NCBI RefSeq assembly: GCF_964355755.1
Contig: NC_092674.1
Coordinates: 29,574,001-29,638,000, forward strand
Direction of reading: 5' to 3'
DNA length: 64,000 bases
Source: Antedon mediterranea
Lineage: Eukaryota > Animalia > Echinodermata
Position 1 is the stretch's first letter. Every line of letters starts with the position of its first letter. Positions 1 through 20,579 of the stretch are shown here, piece by piece. The position numbers were made by a program, and so were the translations under genes. Under the pieces are notes generated by a model. That model was not told the DNA's origin, did not search any database, and saw only the letters and a program-made list of their open reading frames with translations.

Positions 1-152
1 CACAACCATAGAGATAATCACTATAATATCTCTATGACATAAGACACAGACGTGTCACAGGTGTGACCATATGCTAATTTTGTTTTACCAGTAAGCCAAT
101 AATAGGCTTTTATAATTTATTTATTATTTATTTCTTTTATGATTTTGATTAG

Positions 153-713
153 TATGACGGGTAAAGAAGATGCAATGGTGGCTAGCGTATACAACCACGG
201 GCCATTGGCTGTGGCAGTAGATGCCTCAACATGGCAAGATTACATAGAGGGCGTTATCCAACATCACTGTTCGCCGAAATTTACCAACCATGCTGTGCAG
301 ATTGTTGGCTATGACATATCAGGTGAAAATACTACCTTATATCCTCGGGTATAATCCCACTTCGGGTATAATCCCACCCCTACTTTATGTCTGATTTCAC
401 AACAAACCAATCATTTTTTTCCTGAACCCGGGTATAGTCCCACCACACAAAGTCAGCCCAATTTTGTGTTGGAATATACCAGAGGATATACGGTATATTA
501 ATATGTGTGTATTAGTATGAGTAAAACTGTATACATTAAACAAACAGCTAGCATTGCAATGTATATTATTTTTGTTTTTCTCTAGGTGGTACACCATACT
601 ATATTGTTCGGAACTCATGGGGTAAAGACTGGGGGTTAGATGGCTATGTCAAAATCAAGATTGGTGCAAATATGTGTGGCATTGCTACGATAGTAGGCTC
701 CTTGGATGTGTGA
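153..713 (+). CDS. CTSO: Cathepsin O-like papain-family cysteine protease, last two exons (153-322, 586-713); 5' part lies outside the window
   Basis: AG/GT-bounded exons translate in frame as ...[35 protein letters not shown]|[34 protein letters not shown]; catalytic His (NHAV) and Asn (RNSWG) present; WQDY.GGxIQHHC-like segment is typical of cathepsin O. Confidence 0.9.
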
Positions 714-835
714 TATTATGCACAAGGTGACACCAACAGTACTATGTTCTAATATAACAAAAGCATTTTATCAACCTGGTGCCAACGTTTTCTTTCTAGA
801 GATGAAGTTAGTAGATTTAGTTTCTGGCCCTTTAA

Positions 836-1110
836 TAATAAATAATATCCTGGATTTATATAGAGCGCATAATGTTGTGAAACCTCTAAGCGCTGAACAT
901 TATTACCCCGGTCATTTTTGCATCAAACACGTATGGAAACATACACCCATAATGCAGCTAGTAATCAGCGCAAAGTTGTGTCTTGACCTACCCATTTATA
1001 CACCTGGGTGGAGAGAGTATCTTGCCTAAGGATATAAGCAATGCGGCAGAGTTGGATTCGAACCGCGATCTCACGATCAGTAATCCAACGTCCAACACAC
1101 TGCGCCACAC
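836..1110 (-). mobile_element. tRNA-derived SINE
   Basis: Minus strand begins with a tRNA-like head (A-box TGGCGCAGTGTG, B-box GGTTCGAATCC) and ends in an (ATT)n tail at ~836-848. Confidence 0.7.
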
Positions 1111-2169
1111 ACCCTTACACCTTTAAACATTATAGGTCATAAGCACTATATTCATTAAGAGTGTGTACCTACCCATGAGTAGAGTAAAGTGACACGTAAT
1201 AGAGTGTAGCCAGTCAAGTTTTACAGCTTGGTGTTTAACAAATGAAAATAAAAATAGATTATATTATAGCGGTAGAACTTCCAGTTAGACAACATTAATT
1301 ATTGATGCAATTGTGAAGGTACACAACTGAAACTAATATTACTTAAAGCCAATTTACACAGACAAGCGGTAACGGTCATAAAAATATGTTATGTTATTCC
1401 TTATGACCATTTACACAAAGTGCGAGTAGTAAATTGAAAAGAAAAATTATAGTAACCAGAATTATAATGTAAATATACAGTATTAGTAGACAGAAAGATG
1501 AGGGGAAAAAAGTGAAAAGTTTCCAATATTTTAAAATTGGACATGATATATTTGATAATTTCTTATTGAAATCATTTTTTAGTCACATAGTGAGTTGTCA
1601 CATATAAAGATTTACAATTAAAATTGTCAAAAATACCGTATTTATTCAAAATAAAGGTAGTAAAGGTATAGACTTTTTTTTGTACACCATAACCACTTTT
1701 TTGATACAATATTTAACCCAGTTTGATACAAGGCAAGCATGTTAACCTCTATCAAATTTGGTTATTCCTATATGATAAATATGAACAATGAAAACATGAA
1801 ACATCACCACAAAATCTCTATGAGAATACAATGTGTTATTATTTATTAAGGCCACTTGTAGGACCAAAATATTATTTTGACCCAGTACAAAAAACAATGT
1901 TCAAAGTGTTCGAATTAACTAGAAAGTGCATCAATGATTATGCACTTCTTTAAAATTAAATTTTCCATTAAACAAGCACTAAGGTATTATAATTACAGTA
2001 TTCCCTTACTACTGTATAACAAGCCAAATATACAAATATAATGGTAAAGTTAAACCCTGTTCTCCTACACTAGTACTGTAAATTAGAAATGCATACAAAA
2101 CAAACAAAATATTTACAATCTATAGGTCTCTATACAAAGATCTTTTAAATTACATATAATTTAATATAT

Positions 2170-2440
2170 TTTTTTACACAATAATGACTTGTTTTTTACA
2201 TGATGACCTTTTTTGCATGACGACCTGTTTACATGATGACCTTTTCTTTACACAATGACTTGTTTTTACATGATGACCTTTTCTTTGCATGATGACCTGT
2301 TTTTACATGACTTTTTCTTTACACAATAACTTGTTTTTTACATGACATGTTTTTACATGTTGACCTTTTATTTACACAATGACTTGTTTATACATGATGA
2401 CCTTTTCTATACATGATGACCTGTTTTTACATGTTTTACT
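2170..2440. repeat. Degenerate minisatellite, ~17-21 bp unit (TTTTACATGATGACCT)
   Basis: About 14 diverged tandem copies visible directly. Confidence 0.85.
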
Positions 2441-2739
2441 TGATGGCCTAACACAATACAAGAGGCAACTAAATCAAAAATTGTAACTACCTAATTCAGG
2501 AGCTGCAGAAAGGCTGCAGTCTAAATAGAAATTGACGTTAACAACGGCAACTAAATTGCATTTATAACAGTCCTTGTACTGTGTGTTTATTTGCTACAAT
2601 GATCTCTGTACAACTTACATAATTACAACTACATAAATTAACACAGCACAGAACAAATTTTAAACTGCCCAGTGATATACTAATTCAGAACCTATCTCCT
2701 TGATATGTAAATGTCCAAATCATTAGACCAATTGGATAG

Positions 2740-3040
2740 CGACCTTATATATTTGCAACTGAATTAAACGTAGATCTTCAGGCTACTTGTACTTTGGTAC
2801 TTTTTCAACCTAGTCTAAAGATATATGGCGATCGAGCCTTTGTGGTTGCAGCTCCGAAACTCTAGAAAAATATTCTTAATTTTATTAAAAGTCACCTTCA
2901 ATCAAAGTTTTTAAAAATCTTTTAAAAACACACCTTTTTTTTTCTTTGTATTCAATCCGATATCTCTTAATCTCATTAAATAAAAAATCTAATTGCTTTC
3001 GGACAATATGCTGATTGATAAAAGTGCTATATAAATATGA
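2740..3040 (+). mobile_element. L2/CR1-group LINE 3' fragment, decayed
   Basis: Translates YGDRAFVVAAPKL*...FKNLLKTHLF, the typical ORF2 C-terminus of L2-group LINEs, followed by an AAGTGCTATATAAAT 3' end. Confidence 0.65.
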
Positions 3041-3520
3041 TAATAACTCTATCTAAAATAAATAATGAAATAAAAAATTAGGAACAACAAATATATATTG
3101 TTTCCTCGATATAAAAACTAGAATACAACCAACTAAAATCTGGACACCCATATTTGGAAAAAAGTTTTATTTTATTTAAAACTTTCTTTGATTATCCTGA
3201 TTCAATTATGTAGTTTTATATTTGTGTGTCATTTTGTTTATATTTTGAACCACATAAATCAAATATAAAATCAAATATATTTATTTTCTATTGCTGGTAC
3301 ACATTAAAAGTAAGTGGCTGGCTAAACTGTATTTTAGATGAGATTGCATAAATGTCACATAAATTGTGCCCTAATTACCATTAATATTAACATATATGTT
3401 TAGGGTCTCGCAGTAAATTAGGTTCGATAAAAGGCAACGACTAATTTATAGTTTAAATACACAATTCATTTTTTTTTATATACACAATGTATGACAATCC
3501 ATTAATGGATCAGTGGAGTG

Positions 3521-10246
<6,726 letters not shown>

Positions 10247-11293
10247 ATTAAAATGTGTGTTTTAATTTAGCGAAGTTTTTTCTTGTTGCCCCTTGTTGTC
10301 GGATCAATACTCAATGAATGAATGGCGTATGAAAAATACGATATGTTTATTCATGTCGAACAATTGGACATTGGCCAATAAAATTCCTTTATTTAGCCGC
10401 GCCTCCAAATGGGACCCAGTGAAGCATGGAGGTATAAAATAGCTATTTTTATACCTTACACCTTACTCCATGAATGAAGCGTTTCATATAAACATTTGAT
10501 TTTATTTCAATATTTTAATTTGCAGCTTGTACTTTATTTTATTACTATCACAAAATACGGGTATAACTTTATGATTTAAGATTTAGGGCGATAGTATGGT
10601 AGTGACCGAAAAAAGATATTGGAATGACTGAAACCATACAAAAGACAACGCAGTTTGCGTTTTATATCCCAAATAGAAACGAATGACGCGTTTCAGGTAC
10701 ACATGGAAGAAGCTCTCTAAAATTATTACGACGACAAAACAAAAGTCCACCTTGAAAACGAGAGGGAAACGATATTTTGTTTATTTATAATACTATGTAC
10801 TTAAAGGTATATTATACAAATGTTAAATATATATACATCGAATTGCTACTTTAAACTGTTTACAGTAGCAAAGTTTAGGCCCACCCAATCTAACAGGCAG
10901 AAAGGGATAGCTCATCCGCCTATTATGCCCTACTACTAGCTAGGCCGCACTTGCCTAAATTTTAGGCTAAAGTCTTAGTTAGGGCCTACTCCACAAAATT
11001 CAAATTTACCGCCTCGCTGCGGCCAATCGACTCCTAATACAGTACTGCAGTAAAAAAGCTGCTTAGGCCTAGCATTTCGTTAACTAGGTCTAGGCCTAGA
11101 AAGATAATTGTGGGTAAAAAATAAAATAGAAAAATATTAATTTTCTTTTTTTAAATAATTGTACATAAAAATCGTGATTTTATTTAAATTTGTTTATGTT
11201 ATGACTTTTTAATTTTAAAGTTCTAATAATAAATCTAGGCCTATCTACAACTTTATTATAGGGAACAGCGGATAATCAGTGTTTTTGTATTCA

Positions 11294-14200
11294 ATGGGTG
11301 AAGGACGTTGCATCATATTGGCTACGGTCCTAAAGGTTCATAATGCTGTTCCGTTGTATCCTTACTGTCAACGGTGCTACTCAAAACTGGAATTGAAATC
11401 AAAGAAAATATTGTAAGATATAAAAAGAGCAGCAGACTATACACATGTACTTGTTATGTGCGTAAGCTATCAAGTTAGATAGCTCCATGCTTCTTATACT
11501 CAATTGAATAATATACAAATAATGAATGTTTATGAGTGCAATGGTACAAATAATGGCACGAGGTGAATGATGAAAGGTTATATCAACGAGGCAAAGCCGA
11601 GTTGATATAACCTTTCATCATTCACCAAGTGCCATTATTTGTACCATTACACGAATACAAAACATTCATTATTTGTTTTATATAACATCTAGACGTTTTT
11701 TTTTCGTACACAAAAATGTTTCAAAAAGTACTATTTAACGATCGTTGAATAGTGCGTACTATTGCACGCCATGTGACCCACATTCGTCCAATCAAATGAC
11801 AGGAATTTATATAGGTGTTATATAACATTCAACATTTTACACTGTATTTTTAAAATATTTAATCATGTCAGATCATGCAGGGGATTACTCCATTCCAAAG
11901 TTAAAACAAATGGATATCAAAACACATACAGTCCATCAGCTATCTGATTACCATTACATAGCAATACCAATTGGGAACCGAAACAACAAAAATAACACTG
12001 TACAAATCATTATAGAAATACCCTATGCAGAGCTAGGTTATGTATTATCATTGTATCATACTGAATACTGAAATGCTTTATTTAGTGTCCATCATCATCA
12101 TAAAATAACAACAGAAATTCTTCTTGAAGATTGACAATTATTAGTACAATAATAAATAAATATATAATATAATATATTACAGTAAGTACACACACATAAT
12201 TGCACAAAAAATATAAGTTATGAAACACGGTGTGAAAAAAGACTAAAGGTATTAAAATTGAATAGGATTCAGGAGATTAGATTCATACTTAAAATATTTG
12301 CATATAAATGAAAATTAGAACATGTAGCAAGTCCCTTGCCTTCCATAACAAATCATAACTCTTCCCACAATTCTTATTTAAGGTGGCAGTGTAACCAGTG
12401 TTCAAATAAGGTGAAAGACGCGGAAGTTAACTATCGTTTTCGTCTTTCCATGACAATTGGAGATACGCAGGGTGTAGCAGACTTGTGTGTATTTGGACAG
12501 CACTTGCATTCTATATTTGGATCAACTGCGAATACATTTCAAAAGTAATAGTTATAGATTTAAATTTGTTAATATTCATTATATTATCCAACTGTTGTAG
12601 TTGACTCTAGCTGTTGTAACACTGTAATACAGTAGAACCCATTTCTAATAAGGTTCCATTTTTCCTGTAAATCGAACAAGGAGGATATAATGTTTTAACA
12701 CTACATGTAAAACTCATATTCAGTGGGCAGCCATATTAAGGGGACACTTTTTTGGGTCGTGAATGTGTCCCCTTATTAGAGGTTCTACTTTAAAACTCCA
12801 TTTCTAGCCAGCGATTCGGTGCGCGTATAAAATAAATAATTATTTTACATTTTATTCATCCACAGATATTTGAAACACGTTGAAGATTCGCATCTTGATA
12901 TCGATATCAACTCTCTTCTTCAAGCAGCAGAATCTAACAGCCTAATTGGAAATCAATTCTACTTTGGTATTAATATTGCTCAAAAGTATTCTAAATATCA
13001 AATCAAAGGGCTTAACGATCTTGTTGAACATTATTCAAAAGTTAATAAAAGTATTGTAGCTTGCCAAGCTATAGAGCCATTTCAAAGCTCACAAAATATG
13101 AACATCTTGCAATATCTAAAACACAGTATCCATTGTCTTACAAAAGCTATCATAGCGCCCTCATGTTCATCAGCTTTGTGCTTCTGTAAGTGCAGTGAAG
13201 AGACTCGTAGAAAGCAATCTTTTAGGAAAAGTAATTCTTTCATCTGTAGCGCAGAATCCACACGATCAAACACGCAACAAAAACTATCAAACAAAAAAAC
13301 AAACTCGCTTGCAATTAGTTATGAAGAATCTTTTCAAAAGACTCTTAGCCAGCAATCAACAGCATCAAATGCCGTTCACCAAAGTTTCATAAAAGGTATA
13401 CATGTACAACCTGATGATGAACTTTGTACCCAATCTTTTAAAAATGATAATATCGAAACTGTTAATTTAACCGACAATGATGAAAATAAATATTTCAACA
13501 AAGACAGAACAGTTGAAACTTGCATAGATGTACACCAGGATTGTGAACCTGCCATCTTCCCAAATGACCTGCCATTCTCTGAAGATCTTGAGATGTTTCT
13601 GCAGAAGGTTGATGCCAAGCATGCACTAGAGAATGCACAGAGTCACGTTCAAAGATCAATAAAAAAGATAAAACCAAATCAAAAGCTTTCAAACGCTTCA
13701 ATAAGTGAAGACAAAGATCAAAACAAAACATCGGACAATTTATCGAAACATCATTCAAAAGATTCTAAAGAAGAGCATGTTGATCTTCTTCCTGTTAATG
13801 TTTCTCCGATTAAGAATTCTGACCCCACTAACGAAAGTTATCTTAATGAATTACCATTTTCAGAAGAATTAGAGTTATATTTTCAGGATTTAGAAAATAC
13901 TGAATCTCCTCTTCCTGTCAAAGTCTTGTCTAAATGTACTACAGAATATGTTGATTTAGCTGGAAGGGAAAACCAGCAAACATGCAGTAGTAAACCAGTA
14001 TCGATTGGACATGTATCAAATCTGAAAAGAAGATTAAGTAGTTATAGGATGGTAGAGCCATGTGGTTACTCTACACCTATACATCCTGGTTCGCCAAAAT
14101 ATAAAGATATACTTAGAAAGACCTCGTTGAAAGATTGCCATAAGATTAATTTAAATACAAAAGCAAACCAAATTGGTGATAATAAGGTTGGTGGGAATTT

Positions 14201-14822
14201 AAGTTTTACCTCAGAGGGCGACGTTCGGATGCGCACGCCTGCAGATTGTTCTCCAGATTTGTTCTCATCACAGAATAGTAGCGTGTTTGCGTCGGGTAGC
14301 AAATCTGTAAAGAAAACTAGATCCCTATCAAAAGACCTAATGGAGAAGATGTTGAAATTAAAACAAACTGAAACTCACAGACACGATAGCAAAATGAAAC
14401 CTAATTCTTTACCCCAAAAAACTGATGGTATGAACAACTCCGATATCTTCACCCAACCATTATTTGATTCCCCTAATGAGATCTGCTCCATTTCCTTTGG
14501 AACCAATAAAATTCCAACAAACTTGAAAAGGAATCTATCAATACACAACTTTCCAAAAGAAGAACATAGTCTCAAAGAAGTAAAACATTCTAGCCAAAGA
14601 GAGGTTCTAGAACCTTTATCTAATCAGCTGTCTACCCCAGATCTTTTTTCACAATCATTTTGCCATAGTAAGTCTAGAATTTTTAATAACTTTGATGGAA
14701 GTCCAGATTTATTTTCTTCATGGTGTGAGACTAGTGAGGCAATTGACAATAATAGTTTGGTGAAATATTTTAAAACCGATAATTCCTTAAGCATACAGTT
14801 GTTTTCGGAGGATAGCGATTAA
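11294..14822 (+). CDS. DDIAS: DNA damage-induced apoptosis suppressor (noxin); exons 11294-11412, 12383-12544, 12866-14822
   Basis: N-terminal RPA1C-like OB fold with C4 zinc motif: ILATVLKV..LYPYCQRCYSKL..WQCNQC..NYRFRLSM..VFGQHLHSIFGSTA..LIGNQFYFG..IVACQ; long disordered last exon with repeated LPFSEDLE and SPDLF motifs; GT-AG introns in phase. Confidence 0.9.
11517..11825 (+). repeat. ~300-bp dispersed repeat containing a ~160-bp hairpin
   Basis: Arms AAATAATGAATGTTT...GGTTATATCAAC / GTTGATATAACC...AAACATTCATTATTT; near-identical inverted copy at 59587-59885. Confidence 0.85.
12630..12790. mobile_element. Tc1/pogo-type MITE
   Basis: TA|CAGTAGAACC...CTAATAAGG at the left, CCTTATTAGAGGTTCTACT..|TA at the right. 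Confidence 0.6.
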
Positions 14823-15716
14823 ATCGTTTGCCATAATTTTGAGAATAATGCTAGGCTAGTGCCAAAAGATCCAAATATTGTGCCTATCTTCCGGGGGGTG
14901 GGTGTTAGGGGATCGTAATTTTTTTGCATAAAGAACATCACAAGTGGTATGGGTTCAATCAACAGTACACTTTATTGGCCAACTGGCCCATTGTACCCAT
15001 CTGGGGTTCTACTTTAGGTTCAGAAAGGGTATACTATGAGTTTACATAGGTGAAAGCTGATGAAGTCAGAAATATTTTGAAATTTATTTATATATAATAT
15101 GGTATAGCAATGTGAAAATGCAAATAATTTGTTTTTGTGAATACATTTCAATGTTACAATATGAATTATGTGTGTTTATGAATGTACTTTGGAATAAATA
15201 AAGATGTAATAATAAATATATTTTTGTTTAATTTATTTTACAGGTACGATGATGGTATTGAACAAAATATTGCAAATTGTAAACAAAATCTATAAAAGGT
15301 TCTTAACAATTATTCTAAGTTTCAGTTCTTAAGCTCTGTAATGTGTCCATGAACACGATGATGTCATATCACTACCATATTTGGGCACATCATACTTTTT
15401 TGTCACATAAAGTTTGATAGTGTAGACAGAGCTTTACACATTTTATAAGCTAGAACTTAAAAACATGGGTTGAATGGATAAATACAAATTAATTAAATAA
15501 ATTTTAATAAAATATTACATAAATATATAGACATTACATATTTGCACAAATAATACTGAATATATAAAATTATTTGCCTTTATCAGAAACAAAACTGAAT
15601 GCAAGCAAACCTGTAATCATTGAGTTTTGAAAATAACATAGTCGAGAACGGTGTTAAACGGGATCGTACATTGATGTTATTTGTTGTATATTGTTAAGTT
15701 TATCCTATTCTTTATC

Positions 15717-16537
15717 CTCGACCCTCTTTTTAGTCCGAAAATCTATCACCATCTCTTTGGTTTTTGAAACGTTCAATTCCAAATAATTTAAATCACAATA
15801 TTCAACAAATCGTTTAATTTCTGAAATATAAAAATGAAAATCATCATCCCCCCTGATTAACCCAATGAGGAGGAGGTTTGGTCATTGGATTAAGTCAGCG
15901 GTATAGACTGAAAATAGAAATGGAGCCAACACCGTACCCTGGGGTGCGCCTGTGTTTGTAAAAATTAATTCCGAGATGGCTCCTGTACTTAACTTAACAT
16001 ATTGACTACGATTTACAAGAAAATTATATATAAAGAATATTAGTGAGCGCGGGAGTTCCATATTAAACAATTTATAAATTAGAAGGTGAGGTTGGATAGT
16101 GTTGAAGGCGGAGCTAAAGTCATAATACATGATTCTCACAGAGTGACCGAATTTAGCTACGCCTTCAAGATGAGAGTATATCTTTTCGAGTTTAAGCAAT
16201 ATAGCATCTTCAGTATTTCGTGAACTTCTGTACGCGAATTGCAGTGGGTCTAAATATTGGGAGATTAACGGCTTTAACTTATTGAGGACAATCCCTTTCA
16301 CACACTTTCATAACAAGAGGTTAAAGCAATTGGTCTGAGGTCGTTCACACATTTTACACTATTCTTTTTCGGGACAGGAACTATACATGATTTTTTCCAA
16401 ATGTCGGGCAGTAAATTATTTAAGAAACAAACATTAAAAATGGTAGTAAAGATTCCAGCTAACTGTGAGGAAGATGTTTTAATAACTTTTGATAAGATAA
16501 AGTCCGGGTCAGTTGCTTTAGAAGCTTTGTGGTAAGA
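15717..16537 (-). mobile_element. Non-LTR retrotransposon reverse transcriptase fragment (Rex1/Babar-like), frameshifted
   Basis: WKKSCIVPVPKK..NDLRPIALTS, LDPLQFAYR..TEDAI, DFSSAFNTIQPHLL, TGAPQGTVLAPFLFSVYTAD, LELNVSKTKEMVIDFR; frameshift near 16300 and no YADD motif. Confidence 0.9.
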
Positions 16538-17432
16538 ATTCTCAATAGTCAATTTGGTATATTGTATATACCTGTTTTTTATCATAAAATCTACTCCTAT
16601 TGTTGCCCCTTGACCTGGTGGAAATAAACCCTAAAAACAAACAATAATTTGAATAATTATTCATATTTATTAAAGATGTATTGTCTCCCAAACATGAAAA
16701 ATGAAGATTAATAAAATCACACTTTAAATATGCCAGTTTGCAGTTTTAATAAAGTTATTCACTTCTGTAAAAAAAAAAAAAATAATTCACTTTTAAAAAG
16801 ACAAAAGAAAAGGTTAAAGACCCCTTCCCTGCAATTTTGGACGTTTTTTGGAAAATAATACATATATACATCACTTTAAAACATTAAACCATGTCATTCC
16901 TTGTCTTAAATGTACGTTTTATGGTAAATTATGATAAAAAGTGAGAAACAATGCACTACCTAAGTAGCTCGCGGCGATCGACCTCTCGTGGACGGTCTTA
17001 GGCCTAGCCTAGCTAGACTTAGTTTTGTAGGCCTAGCTGGTAAACATCGATAACGTACGAACATCGTACGCTAGCAGGTATATAAAATATACCAAATTGG
17101 CTAGTTGAGAATTCTCAACTATTACCGCAGTACACCTGTACGACGAAGCCTACCGGCATAATGGGATAGGCTGATTTCCTTGTTAACTTAAGGGGTCATT
17201 TAATTACTGAATTATGATTGGTAGTAAAGGAAATTTACTGGAATCCTATTGGATGGTAAGGTGGTAGTAGGACCATGTCCATCCCATTGCAGTAATAAAG
17301 TTGAGCCACCTGCGACCATTACAATGTCCTACCATGTTAATGTAGGAGTGGGGAAATGTTATGCTTACTACTGTTTCTTTTAATAATTTAGTACAATTAA
17401 TAAGAATAAAGAATACACTTAACAACAGGGCC

Positions 17433-20400
17433 TATACAACAAATAACATTAATGTACGATGTAGTTTAACACTGTTCTCAACTATAGTCATTTTGGTATA
17501 CTTGAGCACATTGATAAAGAATAGGATAAACTTATCAATATACAACAAATAACATTAATGTACGATCCCGTTTAACACTGTTCTCAACTAGACTATAGCC
17601 ATTTTGGTGTACTTGAGCACAGTGATAAAGAATAGGATAAACTTAACAATATACAACAACAATGTACGATCCCGTTTAACACTGTTCTCAACTATAGTCA
17701 TTTTGGTATACTAGAGCACAGTGATAAAGAATAGGATAAACTTAACAATATAGGCCTACAACAAATAACATTAATGTACGATCCAGTTTACCACTGTTCT
17801 CAACTATAGTCATTTTGGTATACTTGAGCACAGTGATAAAGAATAGGATAAACTTAACAATATACAACAAATAACATCAATGTACGATCCCGTTTAACAC
17901 TGTTCTCAACTATAGTCATTTTGGTATACTTGAGCACAGTGATAAAGAATAGGATAAACTTAACAATATACAACAAATAACATTAATGTATGATCCCGTT
18001 TAACACTGTTCTCAACTATAATCATTTTGGTATACTTGAGCACAGTGATAAAGAATAGGATAAACTTAACAATATACAACAAATAACATTAATGTATGAT
18101 TCCGTTTAACACTGTTCTCAACTATAGTCATTTTGGTATACTTGAGCACAGTGATAAAGAATAGGATAAACTTAACAATATACAACAAATAACATCAATG
18201 TACGATCCCGTTTAACACTGTTCTCAACTATAGTCATTTTGGTATACTTGAGCACAGTGATAAAGAATAGGATAAACTTAACAATATACAACAAATAACA
18301 TCAATGTACGATCCCGTTTAACACTGTTCTCAACTATAGTCATTTTGGTATACTTGAGCACAGTGATAAAGAATAGGATAAACTTAACAATATACAACAA
18401 CAATGTACGATCCCGTTTAACACTGTTCTCAACTATAGTCATTTTGGTATACTTGAGCACAGTGATAAAGAATAGGATAAACTTAACAATATACAACAAA
18501 TAACATCAATGTACGATCCCGTTTAACACTGTTCTCAACTATAGTCATTTTGGTATACTTGAGCACAGTGATAAAGAATAGGATAAACTTAACAATATAC
18601 AACAAATAACATGATCCCGTTTAACACTGTTCTCAACTTTAGTCATTTTGGTATACTTGAGCACAGTGATAAAGAATAGGATAAACTTAACAATATACAA
18701 CAAATAACATTAATGTACGATCCCGTTTAACACTGTTCTCAACTATAGTCATTTTGGTATACTTGAGCACAGTGATAAAGAATAGGATAAACTTAACAAT
18801 ATACAACAAATAACATCAATGTACGATCCTGTTTAACACTGTTCTCAACTATAGTCATTTTGGTATACTTGAGCACAGTGATAAAGAATAGGATAAACTT
18901 AACAATATACAACAAATAACATCAATGTACGATCCCGTTTAACACTGTTCTCAACTATAGTCATTTTGGTATACTTGAGCACAGTGATAAAGAATAGGAT
19001 AAACTTAACAATATACAACAAATAACATCAATGTACGATCCCGTTTAACACTGTTCTCAACTATAGTCATTTTGGTATACTTGAGCACAGTGATAAAGAA
19101 TAGGATAAACTTAACAATATACAACAAATAACATTAATGTATGATCCCGTTTAACACTGTTCTCAACTATAGTCATTTTGGTATACTTGAGCACAGTGAT
19201 AAAGAATAGGATAAACTTAACAATATACAACAAATAACATTAATGTATGATCCCGTTTAACACTGTTCTCAACTTTAGTCATTTTGGTATACTTGAGCAC
19301 AGTGATAAAGAATAGGATAAACTTAACAATATACAACAAATAACATTAATGTACGATCCCGTTTAACACTGTTCTCAACTATAGTCATTTTGGTATACTT
19401 GAGCACAGTGATAAAGAATAGGATAAACTTAACAATATACAACAAATAACATCAATGTACGATCCTGTTTAACACTGTTCTCAACTATAGTCATTTTGGT
19501 ATACTTGAGCACAGTGATAAAGAATAGGATAAACTTAACAATATACAACAAATAACATTAATGTATGATCCCGTTTAACACTGTTCTCGACTATAGTCAT
19601 TTTGGTATACTTGAGCACAGTGATAAAGAATAGGATAAACTTAACAATATACAACAAATAACATGATCCCGTTTAACACTGTTCTCAACTATAGTCATTT
19701 TGGTATACTTGAGCACAGTGATAAAGAATAGGATAAACTTAACAATATACAACAAATAACATTAATGTATGATCCCGTTTAACACTGTTCTCGACTATAG
19801 TCATTTTGGTATACTTGAGCACAGTGATAAAGAATAGGATAAACTTAACAATATACAACAAATAACATTAATGTATGATCCCGTTTAACACTGTTCTCAA
19901 CTTTAGTCATTTTGGTATACTTGAGCACAGTGATAAAGAATAGGATAAACTTAACAATATACAACAAATAACATCAATGTACGATCCCGTTTAACACTGT
20001 TCTCAACTATAGTCATTTTGGTATAGTTGAGCACAGTGATAAAGAATAGGATAAACTTAACAATATACAACAAATAACATCAATGTACGATCCCGTTTAA
20101 CACTGTTCTCAACTATAGTCATTTTGGTATACTTGAGCACAGTGATAAAGAATAGGATAAACTTAACAATATACAACAAATAACATTAATGTACGATCCA
20201 GTTTAACACTGTTCTCAACTATAGTCATTTTGGTATACTTGAGAACAGTGATAAAGAATAGGATAAACTTAACAATATACAACAAATAACATTAATGTAC
20301 GATCCTGTTTAACACTGTTCTCAACTATAGTCATTTTGGTATACTTGAGCACAGTGATAAAGAATAGGATAAACTTAATAATATACAACAAATAACATTA

Positions 20401-20572
20401 ATGTACGATCCAGTTTACCACTGTTCTCAACTATAGTCATTTTGGTATACTTGAGCACAGTGATAAAGAATAGGATAAACTTAACAATATACAACAAATA
20501 AAATTAATGTATGATCCCGTTTAACACTGTTCTCAACTATAGTTATTTTCATATACTTGAGCACAGTGATAA
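17433..20572 (+). repeat. Tandem array of a 106-bp hairpin-containing unit (~29 copies), left arm of FB-1
   Basis: Unit TATACAACAAATAACATTAATGTACGATCCCGTTTAACACTGTTCTCAACTATAGTCATTTTGGTATACTTGAGCACAGTGATAAAGAATAGGATAAACTTAACAA; period 106 (17861 to 17967). Confidence 0.97.
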
Positions 20573-20579
20573 TATGAAA

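Noticed and set aside
706-1029. 107-aa ORF after CTSO
   Set aside because: Spans the 3' UTR and the antisense SINE; no recognisable domain.
1040-1110. tRNA gene (also ~7140-7211)
   Set aside because: A/B boxes present but no convincing cloverleaf, and attached to a SINE-like body and tail.
13082-14575. Antisense and alternate-frame ORFs over DDIAS exon 3
   Set aside because: Shadows of the long coding exon; likewise those over the cGLRs and the SUSD2-like exons.
15056-15075. CTGATGAAGTCAGAAA as a hammerhead core (also ~39548)
   Set aside because: No helix II can form between CUGAUGA and GAAA.
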